In this document: positions 25,536 through 37,919 of the stretch, piece by piece
Layout: the number at the start of each line of letters is the position of its first letter
Numbering within the stretch: position 1 is the stretch's first letter
NCBI GenBank assembly: GCA_030770535.1
Contig: JASVEC010000017.1
Location: 744,001 to 808,000, forward strand
Direction of reading: 5' to 3'
From: Batkoa obscura
Lineage: Eukaryota
DNA length: 64,000 nucleotides
Program-made: the position numbers and the translations under genes
The notes under the pieces: generated by a model
Database searches by the model: none
Seen by the model: the letters and a program-made list of their open reading frames with translations, nothing else
What the model was told of the DNA's origin: nothing

Positions 25536-26109
25536 TTTAATAATTATTCTAAAATTTCAATTTTTTGTCCTTTTTTATACTTTTTAAAAATGTCAAACCC
25601 TTTTCGAAATTAAATTGCGAATAACATTGTTGCAAAATTTACTTAATTTGGTAGTTCTACCAAGAAGAGACCAACCTTACGGTTGGTTTGTGGGTGTGTT
25701 TCTTAAAAACGTACCAGAATATAAAATATGATCCATATTAAATTCTCAAATTAAGAGAATATTATTAATCCAAATTAAACAAAAGTAAACATATTAAAGT
25801 AAAGTGTATAGTAAATATTATTTAATATACATACATCGAACTATTTTTATATTTATATTGTATTAGTAATAAATAGTATTATTATAAAAGTTTATTTGAT
25901 TTGTTATATTAAAAGTTAAGATTTAATAGACGCGTTTTTTTCGGATCTCAATAGTAATATTCGAAGAATAAGTTATCAAAAAACATCCAAATAGTAGAGA
26001 CTCTTTGTTTTTTTTTAAAAATGAATTTTTAATAATTTAAAAAAGGCTTGCTACTACCATTTGACCAATTTAACCATACATATATACTGAAACAGTCCCC
26101 AAAAAATGC

Positions 26110-26777
26110 TTATTGCATATCTTGCTCATACTGATCCAAAAGCTCTCTCAACGCCATACGTGCCGTTTCATCGTCATCCTCCTCACTATCACTACCATCT
26201 CCCTTAGAGCTCTTGTCCTTTCTTTTCTTGCTTCTTTTGTCGCTTTCTTCATCATCAATCTCGAAATTATCTAAAAAAAGTTATTACATTTCATATTTTT
26301 TTTAAAAATATAGCCAAATAGATTACCAGAGTCCGAGCTATTGGAATCTGTAGACCTTTTATAAGCATTGATTGTGTTCGCTTGTCTCATTATTCTCTCC
26401 GCTAAATCTTCGGTTCCTTCAAGATCTCCAACTGGATCGAATGTATCGTTCAAATCGTTAGATGGATACTCGCTTCGTTGGAAATCTTCAAATGGTAAAC
26501 CTTCGTTCTCACGAGCTCTTTCGAGAAATACCAATAAGATCTGCTCCTCTATCTTAGGTTTAGTTAATTTTAGAGTCTATGTTTGTATTTTAGGTGAATT
26601 ACTTGTAGTCGTGAAACTCTATCATATAATGTGTTATAAGCAGTGTCCAAAATCTCTTTTTCTCGGGTTAACACATAGTGTAAGTTTTTACGACGTTCGC
26701 TGAGGATTTTTAGTGTTTATTTAATTGAGTTGATTCATTTATTACTTTAATTGTTCAAGATTCTCTTTACTTTCCAT
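26110..26777 (-). CDS. 4-exon small protein resembling SNAPc subunit 5 (SNAP19)
   Basis: spliced MESKENLEQLNERRKNLHYVLTREKEILDTAYNTLYDRVSRLQ|IEEQILLVFLERAR followed by an acidic tail ending DQYEQDMQ-stop. Confidence 0.6.
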
Positions 26778-27468
26778 CCTTTTTATTTTTTTAAACCAAA
26801 AGAACAAATTTTTATTTTTGCTTGGTTTTTATTAAATTTATCAAATCTTTAAAAAAAATTGGATTCAGTTTAATTGTAAATTAATTTTCTTTTATTATCT
26901 ATAACAACTATATCTTTTTAACAATATACTGTATAAACATACCGATACCTAGCCGCTTTATAACATAAAGTAATAAAAATCCTTTTAAATATGTCCTGCT
27001 ATTTACTATCATAAAACTTCATACCATTCTATACTGAGTTAGATTCATACAAATTACTTATAAAATTTTTACATGGAAACTTAATTACTCTCTTTATGCA
27101 AAGCAGTGAGTGATGCTTTGACTCGTTGTTTTTTCCTTGAATATGTATGTTATTTAAATTTCGCGTCAGTGCTATGGCCCCCTCATTTCATATATATATC
27201 TTATACATAGATAATATAGGGTCGAATATAAGCGCCAGTTTTTATATATAACTTTGCACCCTTCTATCTGTTTCGAAATATTAAAACTTTTGGGATTTTT
27301 AAGTATTGTATTTAAATGTACATCTATCTTTACTTTGGTATGCTAGTATTTTGAATATTATAATTGGTAACCATCTGAGCACAAACAGAAAGCCAGGTTT
27401 ATGTATTTAGTTGCTCTCCATTTTTTAGCCACAACAATATTGATAACTATTCATAGTTATTCATATAT

Positions 27469-27570
27469 GGTGATGTTTTTTTATGTTTGAGAATTTTACT
27501 AACAGTTGTTTTTCCGCTCAAACAGCGCTTAAAAGATGGAAAAAGTAACAAAGTCAAAAAAAACACCCCC
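27469..27570. mobile_element. MITE family M
   Basis: GGTGATG...ACACCCCC with the family core; flanks ATAT/ATTA. Confidence 0.8.
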
Positions 27571-27673
27571 ATTATTTAGTTTTTTAAAAATATCAAGCTT
27601 TAATAAAAGGAAGTTATTTCATTTAGGTATGGGTAGTTTATTTCAAGTGGCTATTTAATCTCATAAAGCATTA

Positions 27674-29040
27674 TCAGGGCATTGAAGTTTTATCGTTTTT
27701 TAAAACATTCGAAACTGCAAACGCCGCTGGTTTAATGAAGAGCCCATTCATTTTCCCAAATTCTTTTTGCAATTCATAAAGGCTTCTAGCCCCTTTAATA
27801 AGTCGAGCGTATAGAGATTTTCCGGAGCTGGCATAGATTTTTGACCATGGAATATCATTGTTCTTCCCCTCCTCAATTTCTTCTGGAATTAAGATAGATA
27901 TTTCAGCAGGCTTTGGAATGGTTTGGGTTAAGAAAAAAACAGTTAAAGCTACAAAGTTAATATTGAGCAAACGAACTTTATCTTTCAGGTCTAAAATAGG
28001 CAAAATAGTACGTACACCATAGTTTCCGGTTAAACTATGTAAGAAAAAGAAGTCAAAAATATTCTCATGATACAGTTCACTGAATACTTCAACTGTTCCA
28101 ATACTTAAATCTTTAATGCATTCATCAATGTTATTTTTGTTAGCTCCCCAATATTTGACTAACTTTAATATATTGGAACTATTTTTTTCAATCACGTTTT
28201 GTATCATAATTGACTTGTTTTCCTCTCCTTCATTTACTTTTAATCGCTCAGTCCCGATTTCTTCCAACTTTTCTCGTATAAGATAAGCAGAATAAGATTT
28301 AAACTCGGGCTTATTAACATAATCATTATTTTCAATCTTTCCTGGCTCTTTTTCACTTTCATTTTCGAATTCTTTAAGTTCAATAGTTTTAAATAACTCA
28401 TAGGAAACATAGTAACTATAGGCATAAGCTAACCCTTCAGCAGCAACTAATGGATTGCTAAGTTCCACAGCACACCCTATATGAACTAATGGATTTAAAA
28501 AAGCTCCCATGAGCCCGGAAATAGCAGTTGAAATGTATTTTTTTAAAGCTTGTGTCATCCCTAGTACTTTGACTTGTTGATCAAAGAACTTTAAATAAGA
28601 AGAGTATGAACTATAGAAATAAAAATAAGAAGTATTCAATCTTACAAATAAAGTCTTACTCTTTATAACTAATAAAATCTTTATAATTTCCAGTGTTAAT
28701 AGCATATTTGACTTCATTTAAACTACTAAGTCCATTTTTCATTTTGTTATAGTAATCATCTAAATGTTTTGGCGCAGCTAAACAATGCTATAAGTAATTT
28801 AATTTATAATTTAATTTTTCAATTACCCCCCATTTTATAAAGCGAACATATAACGTGTACAACAGAATTTGGTTTAAATCCTTGATAAACAACATCATGA
28901 TTATCATGGTTATGCTGAATAATTTCAGACATTCTTAAAAAAGTTCTATGTTGTGGTACTAAAGGAGTAAACACGTTTTTGTCCTCAATTGAAATTGAGC
29001 TTTCTCGTTGCTCTGTTATTGTTTTAATATGACTATCCAT
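27674..29040 (-). CDS. Questin-oxidase-like (AflY/HypA family) paralog with substituted conserved residues, 3 exons
   Basis: paralog of 29948-31338 with the same intron positions; FDFFFLHSLT retained, other His motifs altered. Confidence 0.8.
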
Positions 29041-29947
29041 TTTTGTTTATTAAACCTACTCATCATCTATCACCTTTATATAATTTCCTCTAAATATAAG
29101 CTATCATCTTTATTGACCTGTTACCTCATTATTAGCTACAGTTGATATAAGTTTTAAAAATAACTTTAAACCATGTCCGTATGTTTTAATTTTATTCTAT
29201 TAATATTAGTTCACAATGTTACACGTATGGTTATTATTACATTAGTATAGAGTAGTAGGGGTGAATTTATTTTATCAAAATTTAGAACTTAATACAGCTA
29301 AAATTAACTAAGGCTTAAATAGTAATCAAATAGTCTAAAAGAGTTCTAAATAATCACTTTTTAGTAGCTAGTTTTATTATAGCAATTATGTTTTTATATC
29401 TAATTACAATAGTTTAATATATACTAAATTTATATATTAACTATTGCTGAAATCATAAGACAATTTTTAATTTTTAAATTATACACAATTATAGATATAT
29501 TCAAATTATAAATCCATTTTTCATAATTATAGATAAATTATTCAACTTTTTTATAATTATGAAAAATGAATTTATTATGAATGATAAATTCAATTCAAAT
29601 TGTAAGTGATGTATGAGTAACTATGAGAACCCAGTAAAATTGGTGATTAAAGTTTAATTTTTTAATGTGTAATCATTTATCCTGTGTTATTGACATTGTA
29701 ATCAAAAAATCAATTTTTTTTAATAAAGATTAAATTTATTAACACATAAAAAGCGAATAATTTGTGTTCACAAAATTTTAACTTTAAGTCATGCTATGAG
29801 AGTTTCAACTAATCAAATTAAATTAATGCCTTCTCAAAATTGATTTGATTAGTTAAAATTAGTTATATAACAGAAATTTATAATGGCGATGCTTTAAAAA
29901 ACGTATTAATATATTTCCCAACAATGTACTAATAATGCATACTTCTA

Positions 29948-31338
29948 TCAGTTTTCTGGAAGATAACCAATACCGCTAAAATTCCAATCATTTTTAGGAA
30001 TATCCAATGCTGCAAATGCAGCAGGTTTGAAGAAGAGTCCATTCATTTCCCCAAATTCCTTTTGCAACTCATAGAGATTTCTGACACCTTTGATAAGGTG
30101 GGCATCTAAAGATTCGCCAGAACGTATATAAATCTCTAGCCATGAATTGTCATTATTTTTCCCCCCTTTAATTTCTTCTGGAATTGGCTTAGATATTTCA
30201 CTAAGCTTTGGAGCACCTTGAATTAAGAAAAGAATAGTTAGAGCACTAAAGTTAAGATTAAGCAAACGAACTTTATCTTTGGATTCCAAAATAGGTAAAA
30301 GGGTACGTACAGCATGGTTACCAGTTAACCCATGTAGTAAGAAGAAGTCAAAAGTATTTTGACGATAAGAACCACCAAATATTTCAACAGTACCGATACT
30401 CAAATCGTTATTACATTCTTCAATATTGTCTTTATTTACTCCAAATTTGTTTGCTAATTTTACTAAATTAGAACCATTATTTTCTACTATATAGTTAATT
30501 GAACTAAAAAACTGTCCTTTTCTTTGTTTTTCATCAACGGCTTTCACTCCCATCTTTTTCAACTCTTTTAATATAAGATGGGCGGAATATGATTTAGTTT
30601 TAGAGCTTTTAGGATTGGTAGTGTTTATGTTCATTTTAGCCAATTTTTCTTCAATGTTCTCTGTACTTATTTCCTCAGGTTGGATAGAATCAATGACATC
30701 ATCAAGGGCAAGATAATGGCTATAGGCGTAGGCTAAGCCTTCTACTGCAACTATTGGGTTATTGAATTCTACAGCATATCCTAAATGAATTAAAGGGTGC
30801 AATGCGGCTCCAGCAAGCCCTGGGATAATTTTTGGAATATATTTTTTTAAAGCAGAAATAGCTCCCAGCTCATTAACTTGCTTATCAAAAAACTTTAAGT
30901 AAGAAGAATATGCACTATAAATAAATCAGATAACTGGAAAACAAAAAACACTAACCTTACTCTTTGATAGCTATATACTTTTCATAATTTTCAAGATTTA
31001 TATCATATTTGTCTTCTGGTAATGGTTCAAGGTAAGTCATTGATTTATTATAGTATTGGTCTAATAGTTCAGAGGATGCTATTAACACTTATTAGCTATT
31101 CCAGATTAGATCGATATTTGAAGTTACCTCCCATTTTATATAGTGAACAGATAGCATGTACTACATGGTTAGCTCTAAAACCACCATGAATCATGTCATT
31201 GTTATGGTTCTTGTCAATGATTTCGTTCATTTTAACAAAGCTTTCGTTCTGTGGTGAGAATGGAGTAAATTTGGCTGATGACTTTAAAGGGTTTGCAGCT
31301 GTAGCAACACCTTTTCTTGTTTCGATCAATGGCGACAT
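29948..31338 (-). CDS. Questin-oxidase-like (AflY/HypA family) oxidoreductase, 3 exons
   Basis: NHVVHAICSLYKMG, HPLIHLGYAVE, FDFFLLHGLT, DAHLIK motifs. Confidence 0.85.
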
Positions 31339-31567
31339 TTTTTTAATTATTCTTAAATTTCTCAACATGTCAAATTAATTTAGTTAAATACTTTTTAAAA
31401 TTATTATATTTATAATGTGAAACGTCATTATGTAAAACTGATTATCTTTTTTATATCATTTAGATCATTCTTTATTTTATTTTTTTAAAATAGTCAAGTT
31501 TAAATTATGATTAGTAATATAAAAAATAGAAATTTGACAAAAGTTTATAAACAAAAAACACCGTGTA

Positions 31568-31730
31568 CAACTGCTGCAACTCTATTCCGACATACCTAAC
31601 CATTCATTAAAGAATAAAACTTGCTGAAATCAGGCTGAAATATAAAGATTAACTTTAAAAAAACCAAATAAGAAAATAACTAACTCTAAAAATCACCGTA
31701 AATTAGATCGCAATAGAGCTGCAACAGCTG
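31568..31730. mobile_element. Possible TA-flanked MITE
   Basis: ta|caactgctgcaactctattccga ... tcgcaatagagctgcaacagctg|ta, an imperfect 23-bp inverted repeat. Confidence 0.4.
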
Positions 31731-31959
31731 TAATACGCGCTAATCATTACTAATAAACTATTCAGCAATAATTAAAAGCATAGAGGTAAATGTTTCGGAG
31801 TAAAAAAGGAATACCGGCATTAAATAGAGCTGAATGATTAAAATAGCTCTTGACGAAATTTATGGTAACTTTATTACATTACATAAGCTGAAATATCAAG
31901 TATAATAATATGATGATGCATTTAAAAATGTAATTAAAAATTTCATAGGATTTTAATAT

Positions 31960-32057
31960 GGGGGTATTTTTTTGGCTTCATTATTTTTTCTATTTTTTAA
32001 GCACTATTTCAGCAGAAAGATTGTTAGTAAAATTCTTAAACAAAAAAATACATCCAC
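31960..32057. mobile_element. MITE family M
   Basis: GGGGGTA...ACATCCAC with ATAT on both flanks. Confidence 0.85.
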
Positions 32058-32149
32058 ATATAATTCTTTTTGTTTAATCCTCCATTCTTTTTCGAAAAAA
32101 TGACATAATTTGCAGCAATTAAAAATCATAAATTGTTTTTTAATTCAAA

Positions 32150-33026
32150 ATGATAATAAGAAACAAAATTTTAGTATTGGGAAGAGAGCAATTAAAAAAA
32201 TGGGGGTTTATAGAACGTAATCAACTAAATAATAATAATAAAGATATCCAAACTAAAACACGAATCATTTCACCAAGATTTAGCATCTGAGTTAGGGCAT
32301 AAAGAGGGCTATTATGAGCCAGAATCTGTGGTTCCGTTCGAGTTAAACATAGACTCAATCAAAATAAGATTAAAGTTTTATTTGAATACGATCAAAGATG
32401 ATGATTTTGTAAATAAAGACTATCGATTTTTTAAACTTTACAGTAATACTTTTGTGGGCCTTTTTTATACGTTTAGACCTGGGGAAGAAGTAAGTTTTTG
32501 ATTTATAATGGAATAGAATTGGCAATGTTAATTTTTTTAGGAAACGACTAAAAACGATTTGGAAAAAATATTAACAGTTTTACCAGGGGATGATGTTAAA
32601 TTGAGATTTTGTATTTTATTGAACGATAATAAAGATTGCGATGAAATGGAATTGAACAAATTAATTTATTGGTGTAATCAAAACCTATTTGAGTTTATTG
32701 ATTTAACCCAAAGTTCTAGAGGTATTTTGTTTTTAGTTCAATCGATTTACTTTTATATATGATCTATAGGTCAAGACGAAGGCGTTGAACGTATCATTGA
32801 AGTATTATATTCTCAGAATTGGAAGGGCTTAATTAAATTAGGTATAATTAAGTTAAAGTTTATTTAAATTTTGATATTCATATTTGTAGCAAAGGAACTT
32901 GATAAAATTGAAGATAAAATAAGTATTGTTTTTGTTTATTTATAAATAAGTTAATTTATTTTTAATGTAGTAAGAAACAGAGTTGTAAGTAATTTAGAAT
33001 GGGATAGTTTAAATCACGAGGATTAA
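32150..33026 (+). CDS. Adaptin-binding protein p34 (AAGAB/Irc6)-like, 6 exons, short C-terminus
   Basis: NKILVLG at the N-terminus; WCNQNLFEFIDL..EGVERIIEVLYSQNW. Confidence 0.65.
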
Positions 33027-35318
33027 GTAAAGCTAAACACAACCGGTATGACTTTAATTAATTTAAATATATAAAAAAGATAATAAAATGAAGTATTAAT
33101 AATAATAACAATATATTCATCATTATGGGCTACTGAATAGCTCTTTAGATATTTGATTTACTTACTTTCCAGTTTACTTAATCGAATGAAGCTATTGCTA
33201 TGTTTATTTATTGGTATATTGAATATTAATGAAACAAATACCAAAGTAATAATAGAATAGCTGCATATTTTTCACTTTTTAGAATCGTTACAGGAATTTT
33301 ATTACTGATAATAGTTTGTTTTATATATTAAATAATTTCAATTAATTATTGTGACTTTGCGTCAATTCATTAAACTAAATTTATGTACAAAACTACTTCT
33401 ATAAAGCTTAGACATGCGCAACCTTTGTAAAACAACCACAATTCAAATCTACAACAGTAGTCTAATTTCTGTGTAATCCACGGCTATTTCTTTGCATGAT
33501 TATACACAAATCTACTAATACTGCTATAAAAATCACTATGCCTCTATATATCCTATACTTTAATACTATAGTAAAAATCTCACACAATTTTAAGTTTATT
33601 TTGACTTTAAATCAAATCTGTGTTAGTAGCAGTTTGATTGAAATTTTAACTTTTACACTATAAAGAAGAGCTATTCAAGTTTTATACACAAAATAAATGT
33701 AGTCAAAATAAAAAATATTGTATTTATTGAACAAAAATAAAAACCACAATGCTAATAGTCCAGATCTAGTAAATACAATAAAATGTGAATTTAGAAAGTT
33801 TTTTTTTATTACAAAAAGTATACAAGCAATAATGGATAATCTAGATATACCAAAATAAAGCAAGGGATTAACAGTAGTACAAACTTTAATGAAGGATCTA
33901 ATTTAGAAATTAAAATAAATTGCAATAGACATAATTAAATGAATCAATCTGAGCTTATACATCTTGGATTGTGTTTTTTCTGCTAGTAAACTAAAAATAG
34001 TTTAATCATTTAGAACCGTTACTTTATTTAATAAAAGAATAAACTGGGCTTTTGATATAAAAATGAAAAAGAAGAGGTAGAGAGGAAGCATGAAAATTAA
34101 ATTACTACCGAAAAAATGTTACAATCTAATAAAAGTTAAAAGATTGATTATAACCTCATAAAGAAGTATTAAATTAACTAAAATATTTTACTATCAGTAC
34201 TACCGGCACTTTAAAAAAAACTTTAGTTAGTTTAGTTTTTTCAAGGATTAAAGTAACTTTACTGAAATTAAAACTGTATAATATAGTATGTTATATTCAT
34301 TTAATCCGATAATTTATTATTCTCTATAGCTATAAATAAATGTAATAATAAAAATATACTTTTTAAAATATAAAAAGGCACAATCCTTTCGGTATTATTA
34401 ACAATTTGGGTTGATGGGGATAGAAATAATAATTGATGATTGGCTTTACTTGAAATCATACTATGGATTGGACTTGAAAATTTATTATTAATAATGATAT
34501 TTAATTTATTAAATTAAACAAATTTACTTAGTCTCATAAAACATAAACTAATTTATGTTTAATTTAGTACTATTTCATTATTTTTTAAAAAATCTTTAAA
34601 TTAGCATAGATTATCAGCTGACCAAAAATAAAGGATGGTGGTCAACCTGAAATTTTCAAAGCTAGATCAAGAATAAACTATATAGAACCGAGAAATTGTA
34701 AAGCAAAAAATGGTGGTTGTCTTGAATTTGCTGGAATTAGCGGTGGAATTTCTAAATAAATGATTTCCTAATAAGCAATAGTTTATTATTTTAAATGAAT
34801 AATTTAAGAATCAATGATAACTAAATATAATGTTCTTACTATTTCCTTTTGTTTGAAGTTCATTTTTTGACTCATTGTTACAAGTATTCATTGTATACAG
34901 TTGATGTTATAATAATATATATTGCAGATTTTTAAGCGCACAATTAGTTAGTATATAATGAATTTAGATATAACCTTAGATTTGGATATTAGATAAAATA
35001 AGTTAATGATAATGTTCACTCACCCAAGAACAATGTAATAATTAGAAGACTAAAAATAACCGAAAGTGATTGGCCAATCTTTTAAATTCAAATCAAATTA
35101 TATAAAGGTGTGGGAATCCAATACCCAGTAAAATTAAAACCAAGTCAAAAACTATTTTAATAAGAGTCTAATCATTCATTTATTTAGTAATTTAAAATAT
35201 CATTAATAAGTAAATAATAATTTATTATTGCTATCGTCCCATCTGTTTTGGTATAAATAAAAAAACAAATCCACATTTTTTAGTTGCAACTTTCTTTTTT
35301 ATTTTTCTTTACTTTTAA

Positions 35319-36887
35319 ATGAGTAATAAAGTATCCCAATATACCACTACCGCTATACATAATAGTAATAATATGGATATGACATTAATAAACAACCCAT
35401 CGTCTTTAGTAGTTGACACCAGTAACTACAATGCCATGACTTCATCTAACTATCAATTGCCACCTGTTTACTATGATTCAATGAATAGGCAAGCTAATTC
35501 TAACTATTTATATCACCCTTCTCAGCACAATAATACTGCCATTAACTACACACATAATGCCAGCAATTCTTCTTTATATAGCTATACGGACTCACCAAAT
35601 ATTAATCCTAATCATTTGGGTGGAAGCATTAAAAATTTATCGCTGCCCCCGTTGTCATTTAATAATACTAATACTAATCAACATCAGCACTACCATTATC
35701 AACAACAATATCATTCAGCACTTAATAACATAAATAATAATAATATTGATAACACCAATTCTAGCACTAATCCTATTAATACTACTCCAACCGCTATAAC
35801 TAATAATGAAGGTGAAGATGGTTTACCTGGCACCAATAGCGCTGATGCAGTAACCGAAGATCTTTTCTTTTCAAAATACAAAGATTTGAGCAAGTTGTCT
35901 TACATCGAGAACAATCTTAGCGGTATACCGGCTGTTAGAGAAAGAACACTCATCCCAAAGTTAAGTGTAAAAATCGATCGAGGTTTTTTTATGGCTGAAA
36001 ACAAAGTGACCTGCTATCGTAGAAATTATTTTCAATTAACGTGTAATTTACATATATTTGACCAAGATAATAATGAGATCGATTTATCTAACAGCAATTT
36101 CAATAATTTAATGATTAAAAATAACAATATTAGCCCTGCTCCCGTCAAAGCTTTTTTCATTGGTTTAACCGCTACTTGCGAAAGTGATAAACAGGGTATC
36201 GATTTAGTGCAACATACCACTAAGCGTGATAAAGGACCAAGGGAAACGCCAAAGTTTAAAGCAATTGCTCCATGTGTAAGTTATGGCTCAACTCTATTAC
36301 AAAAGAGCGTGTTATTTGACCGTTTACAATTTAAAAAAGCAACAGCAAATAATGGTCGTCGTAAAAATCAACATCATTACTTTAATCTCAACTTGGAATT
36401 ATGGGCTGAATTAGAAGATGGTACCTTAGTACCTATTACTACAAGGCATAGTAATAGTATCGTTGTTCGTGGCCGCTCTCCAGGCCATTATCTTGACGCT
36501 GGAGGTTTTTATCCATATAAGAGAGCTACTGCTAAACATGTTATAAGCAAATCAAAATCAAAGGAAAGGAAAATTAGCTTTATCAACCATCACAATAGCA
36601 TGAAAGTAACTCAAGATGGTGCTGTTGATTATCCATCGAATTCAGTAACATTGGCACCTGCTAATATAAACTATGATGCCACTGTCAATCAAGCTCCCTT
36701 TTATTCATATTACAATTCCCAAGAACAATATGATGCTTATTATACTACTGGTGTTATTACTCCAGTACCAACTGCTTTCCATTCTGCTTTACCTACCGCA
36801 AAAAATTCACCAACGGATGAGTATAACTCGATTGACCCAAATTTACATTTTGATTCGAATTTGCAATACCAATTTAATCATTTCTAA
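35319..36887 (+). CDS. NDT80/PhoG-family transcription factor, intronless
   Basis: IDRGFF, TCYRRNYFQ, LVQHTTKRDKGP, FDRLQFKKATANNG, IVVRGRSPGHY. Confidence 0.93.
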   Translation: MSNKVSQYTTTAIHNSNNMDMTLINNPSSLVVDTSNYNAMTSSNYQLPPVYYDSMNRQANSNYLYHPSQHNNTAINYTHNASNSSLYSYTDSPNINPNHLGGSIKNLSLPPLSFNNTNTNQHQHYHYQQQYHSALNNINNNNIDNTNSSTNPINTTPTAITNNEGEDGLPGTNSADAVTEDLFFSKYKDLSKLSYIENNLSGIPAVRERTLIPKLSVKIDRGFFMAENKVTCYRRNYFQLTCNLHIFDQDNNEIDLSNSNFNNLMIKNNNISPAPVKAFFIGLTATCESDKQGIDLVQHTTKRDKGPRETPKFKAIAPCVSYGSTLLQKSVLFDRLQFKKATANNGRRKNQHHYFNLNLELWAELEDGTLVPITTRHSNSIVVRGRSPGHYLDAGGFYPYKRATAKHVISKSKSKERKISFINHHNSMKVTQDGAVDYPSNSVTLAPANINYDATVNQAPFYSYYNSQEQYDAYYTTGVITPVPTAFHSALPTAKNSPTDEYNSIDPNLHFDSNLQYQFNHF

Positions 36888-37646
36888 TCTAAGTTATCAT
36901 TAATAATGATTCTCTTTTAGATTAGTTAATTGTCATCTCTTTTTTTCTATATAGTTCGTTCCTTTGTTTAATCCTTTTATGATTGTATCTTCTTTCTTTT
37001 TTTTGAGTAGAGAAATAACTCTATTTTGCATAAAATTTACTTTTCTTAATATAGTAATAAACCAGATAAAAATAAGCCCAAAAGGTTTATACAATATAAC
37101 TTTGAAAATGTTTTTTAAAATTGTTATATATAAAAACCTGACTAATATCCTTTACAGTACAAAATTGGTGTTTTTTTATATCAGATAACCAGCATTATAG
37201 GAATATTTAAAATGCTATGAAACAAATTAGGCACAAAGCATACATCTAGCACAAATAATTTAAAGATGGTGGTAGCTTTTTCTTCCGAACAAGTAAAAGG
37301 GGGCTGATTATGTGAAGAAATAATCTTCATATTAACTTTTATATTATTTATACGATAAAAAATAATTACAGATAACAAATGAATTAAACCATATGATAGA
37401 CATTTAAATAGCATAAATTCATATTTGTTTTCGGGTATAAACATTTATAAGCAAAAGAACACAAATTTGCGCACAAGAGAGTGATTGATTTGAATATGAA
37501 GATCGTGGAGAATAGTGTACAAGTTCGTTTTTTTTGTAAAACACCATAAAATTTCATTAATTTAATATTTAATTCATCTTTAGTAATGATGTTAAAAACC
37601 TATTATACACAAACAAAGCACTTGGGAGTTTGTGACTCTTTAGAAA

Positions 37647-37650
<4 letters not shown>

Positions 37651-37685
<35 letters not shown>
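37651..37685. repeat. (AAT)n microsatellite
   Basis: about 11 tandem AAT units. Confidence 0.9.
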
Positions 37686-37687
<2 letters not shown>

Positions 37688-37919
37688 GCTACAATAATAA
37701 AGCAGCTTATTTGTAATATTACTATTACTGTTATTTAGATTAGTAGAGTTGTTACAATTGATAATTTATAAAAGTTGCAATAAAATTAAATGCAAAATTC
37801 ATGATTAGTAAATTATTCACTCCTTTAATTTTCAGAAAAATCAAATCAAATCTATCGTTGTCATCTTAGACTATTAACAATAAAATATAACTCCCTATAA
37901 CAACACTCTAGTAAACAAA

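Noticed and set aside
26880..27460. Mildly GC-richer stretch, possible ncRNA or pseudogene
   Set aside because: No tRNA/snRNA motif and stops in the frames examined
33100..33960. Hydrophobic interrupted frames on the minus strand, possible GPCR-like relic
   Set aside because: Too degraded to assign; no diagnostic motif
34370..34760. Short coding-like patch (DGGQPEIFKARSRINYIEPRNCKAKNGGCLEFAG)
   Set aside because: No start or consistent exon structure found; family unrecognised
37145..37157. ATATCCTTT, a U12-type donor-like word
   Set aside because: Intergenic; the introns modelled in this window are GT-AG without U12 signatures
37200..37615. Several CACAAA words near the NDT80-family gene (MSE-like)
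   Set aside because: None matches the full gNCRCAAAW consensus; expected by chance in AT-rich DNA
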